Part shown: positions 1-13,483 of the stretch, in pieces
Position numbering within the stretch: the first letter of the stretch is position 1
How the letters are laid out: every line of letters begins with the position of its first letter
DNA from: Narcine bancroftii
Taxonomy: Eukaryota
Direction of reading: 5' to 3'
Assembly (NCBI RefSeq): GCF_036971445.1
Contig: NC_091477.1
Span: 108,190,001-108,254,000 of the forward strand
DNA length: 64,000 bases
The notes under the pieces: model-generated
What the model was told of the DNA's origin: nothing
Database searches by the model: none
Seen by the model: the letters and a program-made list of their open reading frames with translations, nothing else
Position numbers and translations under genes: made by a program

Positions 1-1954
1 ATTCATTGCTAAGGAAAGTAGAGAAAAAATTGCAGACTCAGGCTATATAACATTCCAAACTCTGGTCTGCACCTTATTTTCAGAAATGTCCTGTGTCTCC
101 ACCCCTCCCCTTCTCTGCAGCCTAAAACATGTTCATTTTTGCAGTTCCAACAAAGGGTAATTGGTCTCTCGTGTTTATTTTTGTTGTGCAGCCTTTGAAG
201 TAAAGACCAACCATTACCATACTAATTGTTTGTAACTACACATTTGTTTTCTGCATCTTGTGTTTCATCTGCAATCCAACATTTCTCACGATACAAAATG
301 TACTTCTATGGTTCCACCAAAGTGTACAATAAATTTTGCCATTTTGTACTTCGTAGCCACCTGTTTCGCTCATTTAAACTCTTTGTAGATTCTGCATTCA
401 AAATGAAAAGTTGAAATTAACTATCAGTATATGCATGACATCACATACAGGCATGTGAGTTGAGGTTTAAAAAAAGTGCCGAGCACACCCCCCCCTCCCC
501 CCACCCTACCTCCCCAGAATCTGGAAAAGTTTTGAAAATGTACAATCAAAATTACCCGTTTTGACATTAAAAAATTAGTCATTTTAAACAAAATCAATTT
601 TTTTTTTTCAGTGAGCATAGTATATCAGACAGATACTACCATCTGTGCACAGACTCCAAGCCCCTTCCACATCACCAGGCAGTACCTGCTTGACCTATGC
701 TCTAACCAGATTGTCTGGTTCTCCTGACCCCAAGCAATACTTGCACCCAGCTTGCCAAGCAGTGCTCTTGCCCAACTTGTATCCAATCCCTAAGTAGTAA
801 CCAGGGGTGCTGTTCTGCCAGAGCTCACCAGAGTGTCGCTCTGGCACCTCTGTAAAAAAAAAAAGCCTAAAGGCAAAATAAATAAATGGGGAATTTTAAA
901 TAATGGGGAATTTAACAGCGGCTGCAAATTAAATACAGGGGATTTTACGGAAGCGGATGTTGGGGTGGGGGATGGGGAGAGGAGTTACGGCGAGATTGTG
1001 GGTGAACAGGGGATTTAATCTGCTGTGGAATTTTAACATAGATTTTGCACATTGTCTTATAGACTGTGTCAGTACAAAGATGATGAGTCCACACTGACGT
1101 GCAAGGAACTGGGATTAAAAATATATAACAGTGTGAAAAAAAATCGAGAAAAACATTGTTCAAATTTGCTCTGAACCCTCAAATATGAAATTTAGGAAGA
1201 CTTTTATAATATAAACATGTCCTGCGACAAATTCGACCCAAAGGTTCTTTTCCTTCCCTTAGCATGACCTCCAGAGGAGTCAATTGTTTCGTTGCGAAAC
1301 AGAAAAAAAATAATCTTCAAATCCTACTTGAAACGTGCTATTCTGGTAAAATGATTCCGTCATTGATTAACTTGATCTTAAAAACTAAAGAGGATGTGTT
1401 TCAGTTAGCATCATAACCTTTTGTTTTCCTTCACCACCGCCATCCAAATGGGCCAAAGTCTGGCTGAGTGAGCCCTCTTACCAAGTCGCTCTTATTTCTC
1501 TCCGGGTTACCAACCATGTCGCTGGGCTATTTGACAGGCATTGCAACTCAAGCCTGTGCCACCCAGTACCTTTGAGTTGCTGTGCATTCCTAGGCTAGTT
1601 GCTCCTTGGGAAGGGGGAAAGCATCCTTGTCTCAGGCAGGATCACATGGTTGGGAACACACAGGAAATTTGTACCATAGACTCTGTGCATGAGGAATAAA
1701 CACCATGGGTTGCCAACGAGGGGTGGAAATGTCATGCTTGTCTTTTAAAAATTAGTTTTAGCAGGAACACAACTTCCGTGATGAGTAACATTGTACTTTG
1801 CCATGCAGGAGGTCCATACTAATGCCATTGCCTTGAGTCCAATGCTGTGCTATTGTCTGTAGTTAGTCCATGTACACAGTGACATACTCTCGTCTCTACT
1901 CAAACTTCAATCATTTTTAAAAAGTAGAACATCAATTTTAAAAATGTGGAAACT

Positions 1955-3020
1955 TCACATGCCCGTATATACAACCCTGAGATTCTTCCTGCAGGCCAGG
2001 CAGAATTTCTATTTAAACTAATGTCAAGAAAAAGATGTGTGTACAAAGAGAGAAATGCAAACAAAAAAATGTGAAATAACAGCTGTTTTGGAAACTGGAA
2101 GTATGAGTCTTGTAGGACCTATACCTCTTTCCTGATGGCAGCAAAGAGAACAGAGCGTGTCCTGAGTGTTGTGGATCCTTGATGATGGCTGCTGTTCTCC
2201 AACAGCAGCGTTTCCTGTAGATTTTTTCTATGGTGGGGAGGGTTTTTCCTGTGATGTACTGGGCTGTCTTCACTATTTTCCGCTCAGAGGTATTGGTGCC
2301 CCCATACCAGCCTGTGATATAGCTGGTCAGCACACTTTCCACTGCACACGTGTAGAAGTCTGCCAAGGTTTCCAATGCTATCTAATGCTGAACCTCTCAA
2401 ACTCTTGAGGAAGTAGAGGCTTTTTTCACAATGACATTAGTATGTTGGGTCAGGAAAGATGTTCTGATATAATGACCACCAGGAATTTAAATTTGCTCAC
2501 CCTCTCCACCTCTGAACCCCATATGATCACTAGATCTGCTTTTCCTTTGGTGAGAGGTTGTTGTTAGTACACCATTCAACCTAGTTTTCAATCTCCTCTA
2601 TATGTTGACTCATTGCCCCTTTTTATACAGCCCACTACTGTGGTATTATCAGCAAATTTGTAAATGGTGCTGTTGCCATACCATAGTCATAGGTGTAAAA
2701 CAAGTAGAGCAGGGAGCTCAGAATGTAGCTCTGTGGCACTCCAGCGCTGATGCAGATTGATGCTCAGACCAATCCTCGATGATTAGGGTCTGGAGGTGAG
2801 GAAATCAGGATCCAATTACACAGTGGGGTGTTGAATCCCAGGTCTTGGAGTTTGCTGATCAGTATTGAGGGGTGATGGTGTTGAATGCCAAACTGTAGTC
2901 AATAAAGAACATCCTGATGTATGCATCTTTGCTGCCCAGGTATTCCAGTTTTGTGCAGTGCCAGTGAGATGGCATCTGACAAGGACCTGTGGCTGCAGTA
3001 GGCAAATGGAACAGATCCTC
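1955..3020 (-). mobile_element. Rex1/Babar-like LINE, degraded 3' fragment
   Basis: FYTCAVESVLTSYITGWYG...IIKDPQHSGHALFSLLPSGKRYRS C-terminal motif; RT remnants upstream. Confidence 0.7.
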
Positions 3021-3599
3021 CTTGCAGCTCATTTTCCTACCTATTCATTAGGCATTATTAAAAATAGCTAAGCTATTTTCCATGGACATTGAAATACCAA
3101 TGTATATTTTTAGAGTTTTGCAAAAGCTGACCCTTATGCTATTCGATCTTGACATCATTTTTGAGAGGTGAGGATTACCATTTCACATAACAGGATTTAG
3201 GAAAATGCTATCACCAGTAAATTTTGTAAATCTTAAACTGCTCTTTAGTTTTCAGTGTTTGAAATTTTTCATTCTCTATAGATAGGTTTATTTAAGTTTT
3301 TAATGTGAATTTTGATGCACAATCTAAATGAGATTGCATTGAGTTATCTATCCTGAATCTGTTTGATAAGAGTTACTTCAATTTAGAGACTTCTTTGGTT
3401 TGTAGGTTTGGCTGAGCAATGTAAATTGAACACGCCATTTTCTGCTGGGGTTGGCTTAAAACTCTTAACCCCATAGGAACAACAGTAATCCAGAATTTCA
3501 AAAATAGAAACTAAAAAATTGTCATGACTGGTGTAAGGTTTAGAACTTTAAATGAGCTATTGGTTTACTTTATTTAATGCCTGTATTGTTCTTTCCTAG

Positions 3600-3650
3600 T
3601 GCATTCCTCAACAGAAAAATGATAGCGACTGTGGTGTGTTTGTGCTTCAG
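3600..3650 (+). CDS. SENP5: SENP5 SUMO protease, penultimate coding exon (catalytic Cys)
   Basis: ttcctag|...|gtaggc boundaries; translates CIPQQKNDSDCGVFVLQ, the Ulp1/C48 Q-x-N-x-x-D-C-G motif as in SENP5. Earlier exons were not recognised in the window. Confidence 0.93.
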
Positions 3651-5173
3651 GTAGGCTGACACTCTGTCTTCTTTACAGACTTGACTGTCCTCTGCCTCAT
3701 CCATTGCTAGGATGAGGCCAAATGTAAACATGAGAAACAATAAATCACATTTGTCAAATATGGTACAAACATCGAATTTCCCAATTTTAGATAACCCCCC
3801 CCCAATCAGGTTCCGCTGTTGCCTTGCCCTGCAATGGTCTTTTTCCCCATCTAACTATCTTTCCCAGCTTGTCCTGTCCAGTATCCTATCATCTCTTGGC
3901 CACTCTCCATTCTATGCTTGCTATATCATTCCTTCTTTTCTAAAAATAAAGATACTGGCCCGAAATGTTGATGAACCACTTCTCCCCATGGTTGCTGCCC
4001 ATTAAGTACCCCTGTTTCTCATTGTTTTGCATATATTCCAGCATCTGCAGTTCTTATTCTTGTCTTCCCTGATTTAAATGTGCAATTACAATGAGAGGTT
4101 AGGAAGCATAGTGACTAACAAAATGTTCAAATTGCTTCTGAAGGAGAAGCTATTTACTGCCAGCAATATTCAACCTCCACATTGCTTTTGGATAGATTTC
4201 ACACAGCAGGGATCAGATCATTGCTGTTTGCAGTACATTTTATAATCCGTATGGTGCTCTAGAGTCTGTAAATTTGTATCTGACCTAGATTATAGGATCA
4301 GGAACCTGCCTCAAGTGGATCACATTTATTTTGTCTTATTTTTTAAGACTTGTAATGGACTTTAACTGAATTATTTTCATGTTTGAGGTTCCTAAGACCA
4401 AAGGTCCAAGTTAACTGTTTCCTAGCATTGGTTAATCACCTACACAACCAGAGGGGAAATAAAGAGTTTAATTTCATTGAACTAAAGAGAACTTTCTGAG
4501 CATCTCTACACATTCCACACAGATCCCACTTTACTGTAACTTTGGAAGCAGCTGGGTGGAATTTCAAAATAAATAAAGGTTGTTATTTATGTGGTGCTTT
4601 TATATTTCAATAAAATGTTTAAATTAATGTAATTAATAAATGCTCTATTGTGGTTATGAAGCAGGTAAAATAAATCAAATTTGAAATACTAGGAATCTTA
4701 CATAAAATAGAAAATGCTAAAAATGCACCAATCCATCAGAATTTCAGAAGACAAGTTAAATGAACTTAGTGTTTCCTCGCATTACCGCATAATAGGAATT
4801 AAGTTGTCAGGTCTGCATTCTGAAACTAAAATTTTTAGCATTTTACAAAGCATGTAAAGATACTGGACAATGTCGTCAATCGTGCCATTTAGACCCAATT
4901 TACACCAACAACCTGGCGAAAATTATTCCCTCAGCCAATCCATCAAAATAATGTTAGTAATTCATTCACTTTGTTGCTCTCTCGATGTACGCAAAATCGT
5001 TAGGATTACACAAGCTTCAGAGAAATACAGAGTTGCTGCATGAATAACTGGTGTTGAATTTGTGTAGATGTAACTATTGTTATTTTCCCAATCATGTCAG
5101 TATTTCAAAGCATAATTTGTTAAAGTTATTGATACCTTTTTTGATGCAGACACTCTTTCCATTAACCATCTAG

Positions 5174-5284
5174 TACTGCAAGTGCCTGGCTCTGGGACGA
5201 CCCTTTCAGTTTTCTCAAAAAGACATGCCTGAAGTAAGAAAGTTGATCTACAGAGAACTGTGTGAGTGCAAGCTCATGGAGTGA
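5174..5284 (+). CDS. SENP5: SENP5 last coding exon
   Basis: ctag| acceptor, in phase with the previous exon; [36 protein letters not shown], matching the SENP5 C-terminus; sits next to NCBP2 as in human. Confidence 0.93.
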   Translation, partial: YCKCLALGRPFQFSQKDMPEVRKLIYRELCECKLME

Positions 5285-7436
5285 GCAAGCAGGATGAAGC
5301 TGACTGAAACTTCTCACAGGAAAATGCATTCCAGCAGATAAGTATGGCCAATGTGGTTTTATAAGATCTGGAAGGAGAAAAGGAATAAGGCAGGGAGCAC
5401 TGAAGAACCAGTGGCATTGTTTACCTCCCTCCAGCTACGTGCATGGCCCAAACATCTTCAGATGTGATAAAAGCACAACTTTGCTTCATTGCCCTGTTGC
5501 TGGACAAATTGCATGTAGCCGTCGTCTAGAAGTTTAGACTTCCTTATTTCCCATCGTCTGAGAACCTCTGAATAAAGGAGGTAGTCAAATTGACATTAAC
5601 TTAGCAGGGAGAAAACTAAATTCTTAGTGTAGAAATTGTCCCCGATGTTAATAAATGAGAGCCCCTCTTCATATCCACGAGGGAGATTTTCGCTGTTATC
5701 ATGGATGTTTAATGGCCATAAGATCATTGTGTTAAGCCGCAGCATGTTTAAAAGTGAAAATTATTTCATTAAAAAAAGCAGTAATTCTTCAGTCAGTGCT
5801 GTAAATCTTGTTTAACCCAAACTACATTCCCATCTATTTTTTTTCACATGCATGTACAATGGATTCCTCTGTGAAGCTGTTGCTTCTCCATTTAATTAGT
5901 GAAACAATGGAATAGTTTTGTGAGGGTTGGATATAATCCATTCTCAAAGTTGATGTGCAAGTTTGCCTGGATCAGTAGTGATAGAAAATATTTCCTCTTT
6001 CTGATTAAACAAAATAGTATTGATTTGTGTATGTTACTTTCTGCTGCTAACTTGGAAGTTTTATTCTGAAAGGTGAAGGTGCACACAGGGCTTCTCCAGT
6101 TACTGCAAACCTGGATGGCTCTCACTCCCATCCAATGTTTCCATCTCCACCTGCTCCTGTACCTATTATTTTCCCCTTTATCCCCAGTCGTCTCTCCCTC
6201 TGTTTCGCCTCCTCTCACACCTTCTGACCTGCATCCTATCAACTCTGGCCCCAGCCCTGCCTCCTCCCCCAACCATGTATCCATTTCACTTTTTTTGTTT
6301 ATCTTGGTCTTGATAAAGGATCCTAACCCTAAATGTTGACTGACCGTTACTACCCGTGGATGCTGTCTGACCTGCTGAGTTCCTCCAGCAAATCTTTGTC
6401 TGCTCAAGATTTCAGCATTTGCAGCCTTTGAGTTTCTTTATTTTTTTTTTAATTATCTGAACCTGAACATTACTGGCAAGGCAGTTGGCACCAGTGTTTG
6501 TCATAAGTAGGCCCTGTACCAAACTGAGGGGATATGAATCATCAAAAGTATGGAATTGCAGTTGTGAGGTCAGAACAGCCAAGAACATAGCTTTGTTTTA
6601 AAGGATAATTGAGAATTTTTTTTTAATTTATAAAAATTTTAATTCCTAAAACGTCAATGTGGGATTTGATCACAAATTTTAGTCCATTATACTACAGTCC
6701 TCGGCCTATTTCAGTCATCCTGTATTTCAGTAATATTGTTTTATTTTTGTCACAGTTGATTTATGTGATATATAAACATAAAGCTGGTATCTGATTGATA
6801 GGAATTTCATCTTCTCCTAATTAGGAATTATAGAAATTGAGTAGTGTGGAATCATTCTAAACAGTGGTCACTTGAAAATGGTTGTGTCAATTGCTATCCT
6901 TGTACTATGCTCAGGATTGACCCTGCACCTGGATTTCAGATTTTCAAAACTGTGCTGAAGTTTGTTTGCACTCAATAATTCCAGAATTCAAAATGTTTTC
7001 ATATTCAAATGCTTTGTAACAATCAATTATTCCAATTGTTTAAGACTAAAACCCTTGTGGAATATATTAAAATTTAAATACATAGTTAAATAGGCTAGAG
7101 TCTCCTTAGTATTTCAATCAGAAATTCTCCTTTTGCTCACTTTTTAACTCCAGAAAGTTGAATATGGATTGGATTCTGGAAATAAATAGCCTTTACTTGG
7201 AATTTTTGTTTTCATAATCCAGGAATGTTTAAATTAAATTTTCAGAATCTCTATGAAGGCTATGCCAGCTGAGTTTGTGATCTTGTATAAAATCTACATT
7301 CATAGAGTTTAGCAGCGGCAATGCATTGTATGGCCAGGTGAAAAATATTACATTTATATTAGTGCAATAACAAAATGTACGGTAGAGATTTTTAACTCAA
7401 GGTTTTAATTAGGTCTACGTTGTTATGGAATTGGAC

Positions 7437-7442
7437 AATAAA
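7437..7442 (+). promoter_or_regulatory. candidate SENP5 polyadenylation signal
   Basis: AATAAA followed by a U/GU-rich tract (tcgtttctttgttactc), ~2.1 kb after the stop. Other AATAAA hexamers lie closer to the stop. Confidence 0.45.
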
Positions 7443-8638
7443 GTTCTTGAGTATTTAATCGTTTCTTTGTTACTCTTATTCTCTCTAAACCTTCCATTTC
7501 TCGAGAGTAAGGTTGCATCATTTAGTCAGATATTTTTTGGTTAGTTGACTGAATAAGGTTAGTATTGACTCAGCTTTTAAAAACAAATGATTGTTTTAAC
7601 ATGATCAGGCCCTGAAAGGTGGCAAGTAATTAGGCACAGCTATTAAAACCATAAATTATGGAAGAAATCATTTTTCTTTTGAAGGTGATCTGAAAGTGTT
7701 TGCAGTCTACTGCTTGCCCAATGTTAAACTGTTAGTCTTTTTTGATAATTATTATGCTTTGGGTTAATATAATCACCAAAACTCAGTAAATATAGGCATT
7801 GGGGAGGGAATTTACAAGGCTGTGAAGTGTTTTCTCACTAGGAAAGTTGCAAGTTTGCTTCTCAGCTCTCTTGTTCCTTAGTTTTAGTGTTGAGAGGATT
7901 GTGGGAACAATTGTGTAGCTGTTTTTAAAATAGCTTATTTAAAGAGCATCTTAACAAAAGATGAATTATTGATTAGTTATGCTTGAAGAGGTTCAGTGAA
8001 TTTCATTTTATTTATTCATGCTTTGTGTTCAAATCAGAAGCTTTGCAACAATGTAATCATTCAGTCAATTAAGTATAGACACTAAGACTTAATATTATTT
8101 GAAATCTATCAAGTTGTCAACTTTCATTGTAACTGTATTTAAGATAATACAGCTACCGATGAACATTTATTCAGGAAAGAGACAGAAGGGAAGGGAAGCA
8201 GAATTAATAACATGGCTGCACTCTTAAAGGTGCCCATGGTTCCTTGCTGCAGGATTCTATGACTAAACAACATAGAACAAGGAAAGATAATAGAAGCAAA
8301 ATTGTAAGATCAGATTTGGATTTCTCTGGATCCATTTGCACCACTGACAATTTCCAAACTCTTAAATCTTGAGTGGACTTTAGTGTTTCTATCATTTTAT
8401 AAGCACAGAGTTGTTGCAAAATATGGAGGGCAAACAATTCTACAAGGCCATCAGTAAGTTTTTATTAGGTTTGATTTCCACTTTACAATTTACTGAAGAA
8501 ACTATTCTTCCAAGACAGACTTCAGAGCCTATTTAAAATAAAATGTTCAAAGCTATAGTCAGTGATTGCTTCAAAATCAGACTTCTAGGAAGAGAATAGC
8601 TTTGCTATCTCAAAATGTACAGGGAAAGTCATTATAAA

Positions 8639-8737
8639 CTAGAATTTCTGCCTTGGTTCAGGAACTCTCTGCATCTGGGCCAGTTTTCCAAACCCACCTC
8701 TGCCCGCGTCATAATCTCTCCTGTATTCATCACGCAC
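8639..8737 (-). CDS. NCBP2: NCBP2 (CBP20) coding exon 4 (last)
   Basis: ctgttcag| acceptor; [32 protein letters not shown]. Confidence 0.95.
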   Translation of the reverse strand: MRDEYRRDYDAGRGGFGKLAQMQRVPEPRQKF

Positions 8738-9354
8738 CTGAACAGAAGCAAATAGAGAATACAGTGTATTAAGTGATAGTGGCATTAAAACAAAAGCAAG
8801 GAAGAATTGTTACATTTAGTGAACTTTTCACATGTCAAATCTTAAAAATTGCAAAGATGCTCTTGTCCTGACCTGAAATATGGACAGGGAATTTCCAGCT
8901 ACAGTTCCTGCCTTACCTGCCGAGTCCCTTCAGCCTTGTTCACTTGAGATTCTAGCATTAGCAGTTTTTAATCACTCCCAGGTCTTAAAACTACATTTGC
9001 CTGTTTCTTCCCACCAACCTTACTGTAGAAAATTAAAGATCAAAAACAAAATTGCTCAGCAGTCAGAGAACATGATACAAAACTGAAAACTACACTATCC
9101 ACCTTGTTTAAATATAACTTTGTCAATGAAAACTGGTGTAAAGGGAATAATTTTGATCAGGAATGAGGCAGCCTATTTATCACAAGATCCCAAGGGAATG
9201 ACATGTCTCCCTCTCCACATGTACTGCTTCAACGTTTTCAGCCCTCTTTGATTTCATGAATCTGCATTTTGTATAGTTTATAATACCAGTGTTTATAAAT
9301 TACAGTCATATCCTGGCAACAAAGGATGAACTTTAGTGCCCTACAATGACAATA

Positions 9355-10300
9355 AGTTTTTTTCCTGTGTTTTTATTTTCTTTAAAATATAACAAAAAAA
9401 CTTTTACACAAGTTATACTAATAACATAAATCAATTGTAAATTAACCTAGTTAGTACAACTTATTTTCTACATGAAAATTCTATATTACAATAATTAAAC
9501 AATTAAATCATAGCATGTCCAAAAATGATATTAAATACAAAAATTATACAAATACACATAAAATTTCTTTATATTTTCTACTTCTCTGATGTGATCATGT
9601 TCTGTGATTATGATCCATAGTTTAAACCCCCTTTACTTATTTGTCTTAAGAAAAAAAGTGTATCCCTACTAATCTACTCCCTCTCTCTAAACAAGGTTAT
9701 CTGTATCTATTTTATAAATATGAATTGAATAACGGCCCCCAGACACCAAACAGGGAATCCCTAGAGCATCCACACCACTTAAATCCTCAGTTTATGATAA
9801 TAATCCATGAATGAGCCCCACATCTTATGACATTAAAGATCAAAAGTCTGAATTTGATATCTAATTTTTTCCCCCAAATTTAAATAAGACATGATGTTAT
9901 GTAACCATTGAATGTGAACGTTCTACTTAATCAAAATTGCTCATCTAGCTATCAACGAAGCAAAAACTAGGAGAGAAACCAAATAAAACAATCAAAGGGC
10001 ATGGTTCTAATTTAGTCTTAAGAATCATTGATGAAGTTTGGAAATTATCTTTCCAAGTATGTTCTAAGTTTGGATATTCCTAAAACACATGAATCAATGA
10101 CGCTTCAAAAAAAAAAAAAATTATATATAAATACACTCATCACATAATAGATCCCTATCAGGATAAAAATGAGAATTTAACTTTACTTTCTGTGTACCAT
10201 CTTCAATTTCAACAATGTCGTGCACAAAATTTAGACTTGTATTCCAATCCCTCTATTTGAATGCTCTATTCCAACCACACTCCCAATCGTTCTTAATCCT
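9355..10300 (-). mobile_element. L1/Tx1-like 3' fragment in NCBP2 intron 3
   Basis: AT-rich degraded ORF2-like sequence ending in a poly(A)/AATAAA-type tail on the minus strand; family call by eye. Confidence 0.4.
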
Positions 10301-10426
10301 GGACTGTTTTTATTATTTTGCTGATAAACACCAAAATGCTCTTAACACAAGCTTGAAATTTTCATTTCATTATTAAAAAGAGGCTACAATTTCTCAGGAT
10401 CACATAATAAAAAACGAACCACATAC

Positions 10427-10565
10427 CTGACCACCGGATTTTCCTCGGCCAAACTGCCTACCTTCCTTGAAGCCAGTATCCCAATCTGTTCTAATAATGC
10501 GATCATCCAAACGCGTTCCATTAATAAATCTCATGCAGTGTTCAGCGTCTGCACGTGTGTCATAT
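10427..10565 (-). CDS. NCBP2: NCBP2 coding exon 3 (139 bp)
   Basis: (E)[46 protein letters not shown]|gtatgt; 5' boundary fixed by frame and by the conserved CFVEY motif. Confidence 0.93.
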
Positions 10566-10807
10566 CCAATTAAATTAGTTAAGGATATGTCACCATTCAA
10601 ACAAGAACTTGTCTTTAACAAGGGATACAGAAACAAGGCGAATTAGCGTTTCCTGATTTGCTATCATCTACTGAAGGACAGATAAAACTTGGTGCTAAAT
10701 GCCTTTTTCCCGTTTCAATACAAAACATGCTGATGTCAATCTTGTATTTTACATGGTGGTTTATTCAGGAAAGAAATAAAGACAGGAACTTCATAGTGAA
10801 AAGATAC
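10566..10807 (-). other. U12-type (minor spliceosome) intron, GT-GG, 242 bp
   Basis: Donor GTATCTTTT (U12 consensus RTATCCTTT); branch site TCCTTAAC at 10585-10578; no polypyrimidine tract or AG after it; the intron must end ...AATTGG to keep the frame. Confidence 0.88.
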
Positions 10808-10989
10808 TCCACAAAACAGAAGCCACACGACGTTTTCTTGATTTTATCCAGACCCATGATGATTCTTTTAACATCTCCACTTTTTGAAAAAAGTTCGTAG
10901 ATCTGTTCCTCAGTTGTGTAGAATGACATATTCCCAACATAGAGGGTACAGCTATGCCTCAACAGTTTGATCTGTTCATATTGGCTTCC
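10808..10989 (-). CDS. NCBP2: NCBP2 coding exon 2 (182 bp)
   Basis: ttttgaag| acceptor; [60 protein letters not shown](E), containing RRM RNP2 and RNP1. Confidence 0.95.
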
Positions 10990-12698
10990 CTTCAAAACAA
11001 ACAATACAATTTACATTTGGACACAGGAAACAAATATACATTCATAGATCTATGTCTAAAATAACAGTATCAGGAAAATAAATTCACAGTTTTGCTTCCC
11101 TTAAGATCAATAGTTTAAAACTAACTTCAGGTCAAACCCTTATGGCAAATCTCCCCTAATAAGTTGCCAAAAACTCATCACCTTTTAAGTGTCCCCATGA
11201 AATAAGGAAGAAGTCCTACCACTCACTTATAAATGGTTTCCTCAATCAGTTGTTCAGATTACACTGTCAAAAGTATTGAAATTTTCCTCCACTTTTTCCG
11301 CAGTTCCCAAATGAGTGGGCCAAAATGTAATTAATCGCCAACATTAACGTCAGGGACTGGAGCACATAATGCTCCAGGAAGTACAGCAATGTTGGGAGGC
11401 AAATCTTTTATCTGCCATTTTAAAATTAAATCCATCACAGATGAATGCACAAAATATAAGTGAGTAGATTCTGCAAAGTTCCAGGACAACTTGTGTACAA
11501 TAAACCTCAAATAGCAATGTGATAATGAGCAAATAAATCTTCAAGAAATAAGAGCAAAATTAGGCCTTCTGCCATTAAGATCATGATTGTCCAGGCCATG
11601 AACTCAACTCCACCTTTTTTCCCCCCCATAACCCTTCATTCCCCTACGATGCAAAAATCAGTCAAATAGATTTAATGACGCAACTCCTACTGCTTCCTAT
11701 TGGTAGAGAATTCTACAGATTTGCTACTTGAAAAAAATCTGTTCCATCCCAGATCTACTCCTTTGAATCTTGAGGTGATATCTCCTAGTTTAAATTTCAC
11801 CTACAAGTGAAAATTACATTATACAACATGTAGGCAGGAAGTTATTAAGATCTCCCACTTCTGAAATCTATTCTATTAATATTGGCCAGATCACAATACA
11901 ACAAAAAATATTATTCAAATATATGGGGCATTTTACATCTCTCAAATAGCAAATATGACTTAGTTCAACATTTCAACCAATGTAAGCCCCTCTAATTGTA
12001 CAGCATTCCTTCAATATTACACTGGTATGTCAACATGTATTCCTGTCCTCAAGTCTCCAGGACGGAATGAGCAATTTCTGACATAGAAATAATCACAGAA
12101 AAGTTTCAGATCATCAATGCACCATTTTGGCTAATTAAGTCTGTACCTGGTCTACGCAAGTTCAATGCAGGTAGACTCCATGTCCCTGGGAAGTGAGAAT
12201 GAACAAATAATTTTTGGGTGAAATAATTTTTGTTCAACCACGAGATATCCAAGTCACTGCCAAGCTCAGCGTTGATTATATACTCCTAATTGCTTTGAAT
12301 CTTGAGGAGAGGATGATCACATTTGTGGGGAATAAGTATTGAATTATCTGGGGTCGGAGACAACCACAAATCTTATAATAAACATTCAAGGCTCGCAGTA
12401 GGAATCCTCTGATCAGGTTCTAAGCAGTGTTATTTGCTCTCGGATTACTTGTTGAGTATGGTTGATCAGAATATGGCCCACCTGGTCCAATGTTTGCAAC
12501 TTGCCAGTCACCAGCAGATTGTTCAGGTGCCAGCCATTAGAAATTGGTAACTCACTCTTTAATTTTGTCTCCATCAGAAAATGGCCATTACTGTCAGAAA
12601 TCATTTGGCTCATTTATTTCTGTTATCGTCTGACCTGGTGGCAATGTCCCAATCTTGCTATGAAGGAAAAAAAAAATCTAATTGCCACTTTTAACCTT

Positions 12699-13293
12699 CC
12701 ATATATTTTGGCATACAAGATGACCTTCAGATAAGCCGGGTCCCTATTTTCAGCCTGAATTTCATGGTTTTATCATATCGGGCATACAAGACAACCCTCT
12801 CCCTCAATTTTGTGCACAGAACTTGCCAGAGACTGGCGTGCGAGCCGCCCAGTAACAACCTAAACTTTGTTACAACACCCCAATCGCCAATTAATAAATC
12901 TTTAAACTAAGCAAGTAAAAAAAACACTTCTAGTCAGGAAGATACCAAACAGAGCTGGGTCTAAGTCTTCAGCATCGGCTGCAGCCAGTCAATGACTGAC
13001 TCCATTCTCAACATCAGGTGTAGTGCCGTCCGCTTTGAAGAAGTCGCCTTGCTGCTTGGTGCAGGAACCACAGCTATGTGTCGGCTTGGAGGATCTCGGG
13101 CTCTACAATTGTAAAATGTCTGGGTGTGTGATAGCAGGTGTGGGGAAATGCTTCAAGGGTCATCTTATACGCCAATTCTACATCAAGCATTTTTTTAGTT
13201 GAATTTAAGGTTTCATTTTCGTATCTGGTGTACAAGACTACCCTTGATTTTTGAGCACTTTTTAAGGGTCATCTTGTACACTGAAATATACAG
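12699..13293. mobile_element. Tigger/pogo-like MITE
   Basis: Imperfect TIRs ccatatattttggcatacaagatgacc / ggtcatcttgtacactgaaatatacag; TA at the right flank; internal repeats of the TIR core. Confidence 0.65.
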
Positions 13294-13483
13294 TATTTGG
13301 TCTCAGTCAATCTACCAATCTCTTTTCTGATTCTGAAACATAACTTATCTTTACCAGCACTGATGAGGTCTCAGATCCAAAACATTAACAGCAAAATGTT
13401 TCCAACACTTCATTTGCATTAGAAACAGGAAACAATAGATCATTGACCCCCATGACCTTACTTCATCAATAAATAAGATCCAG

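Noticed and set aside
1-3599. Additional SENP5 exon
   Set aside because: No segment matching the expected preceding exon with splice sites was recognised.
10400-11004. Two separate small RRM proteins (ORF track)
   Set aside because: They are NCBP2 exons 2 and 3 extended into intron sequence. A pseudogene reading is also unlikely because all exons are intact and the U12 signals explain the missing AG.
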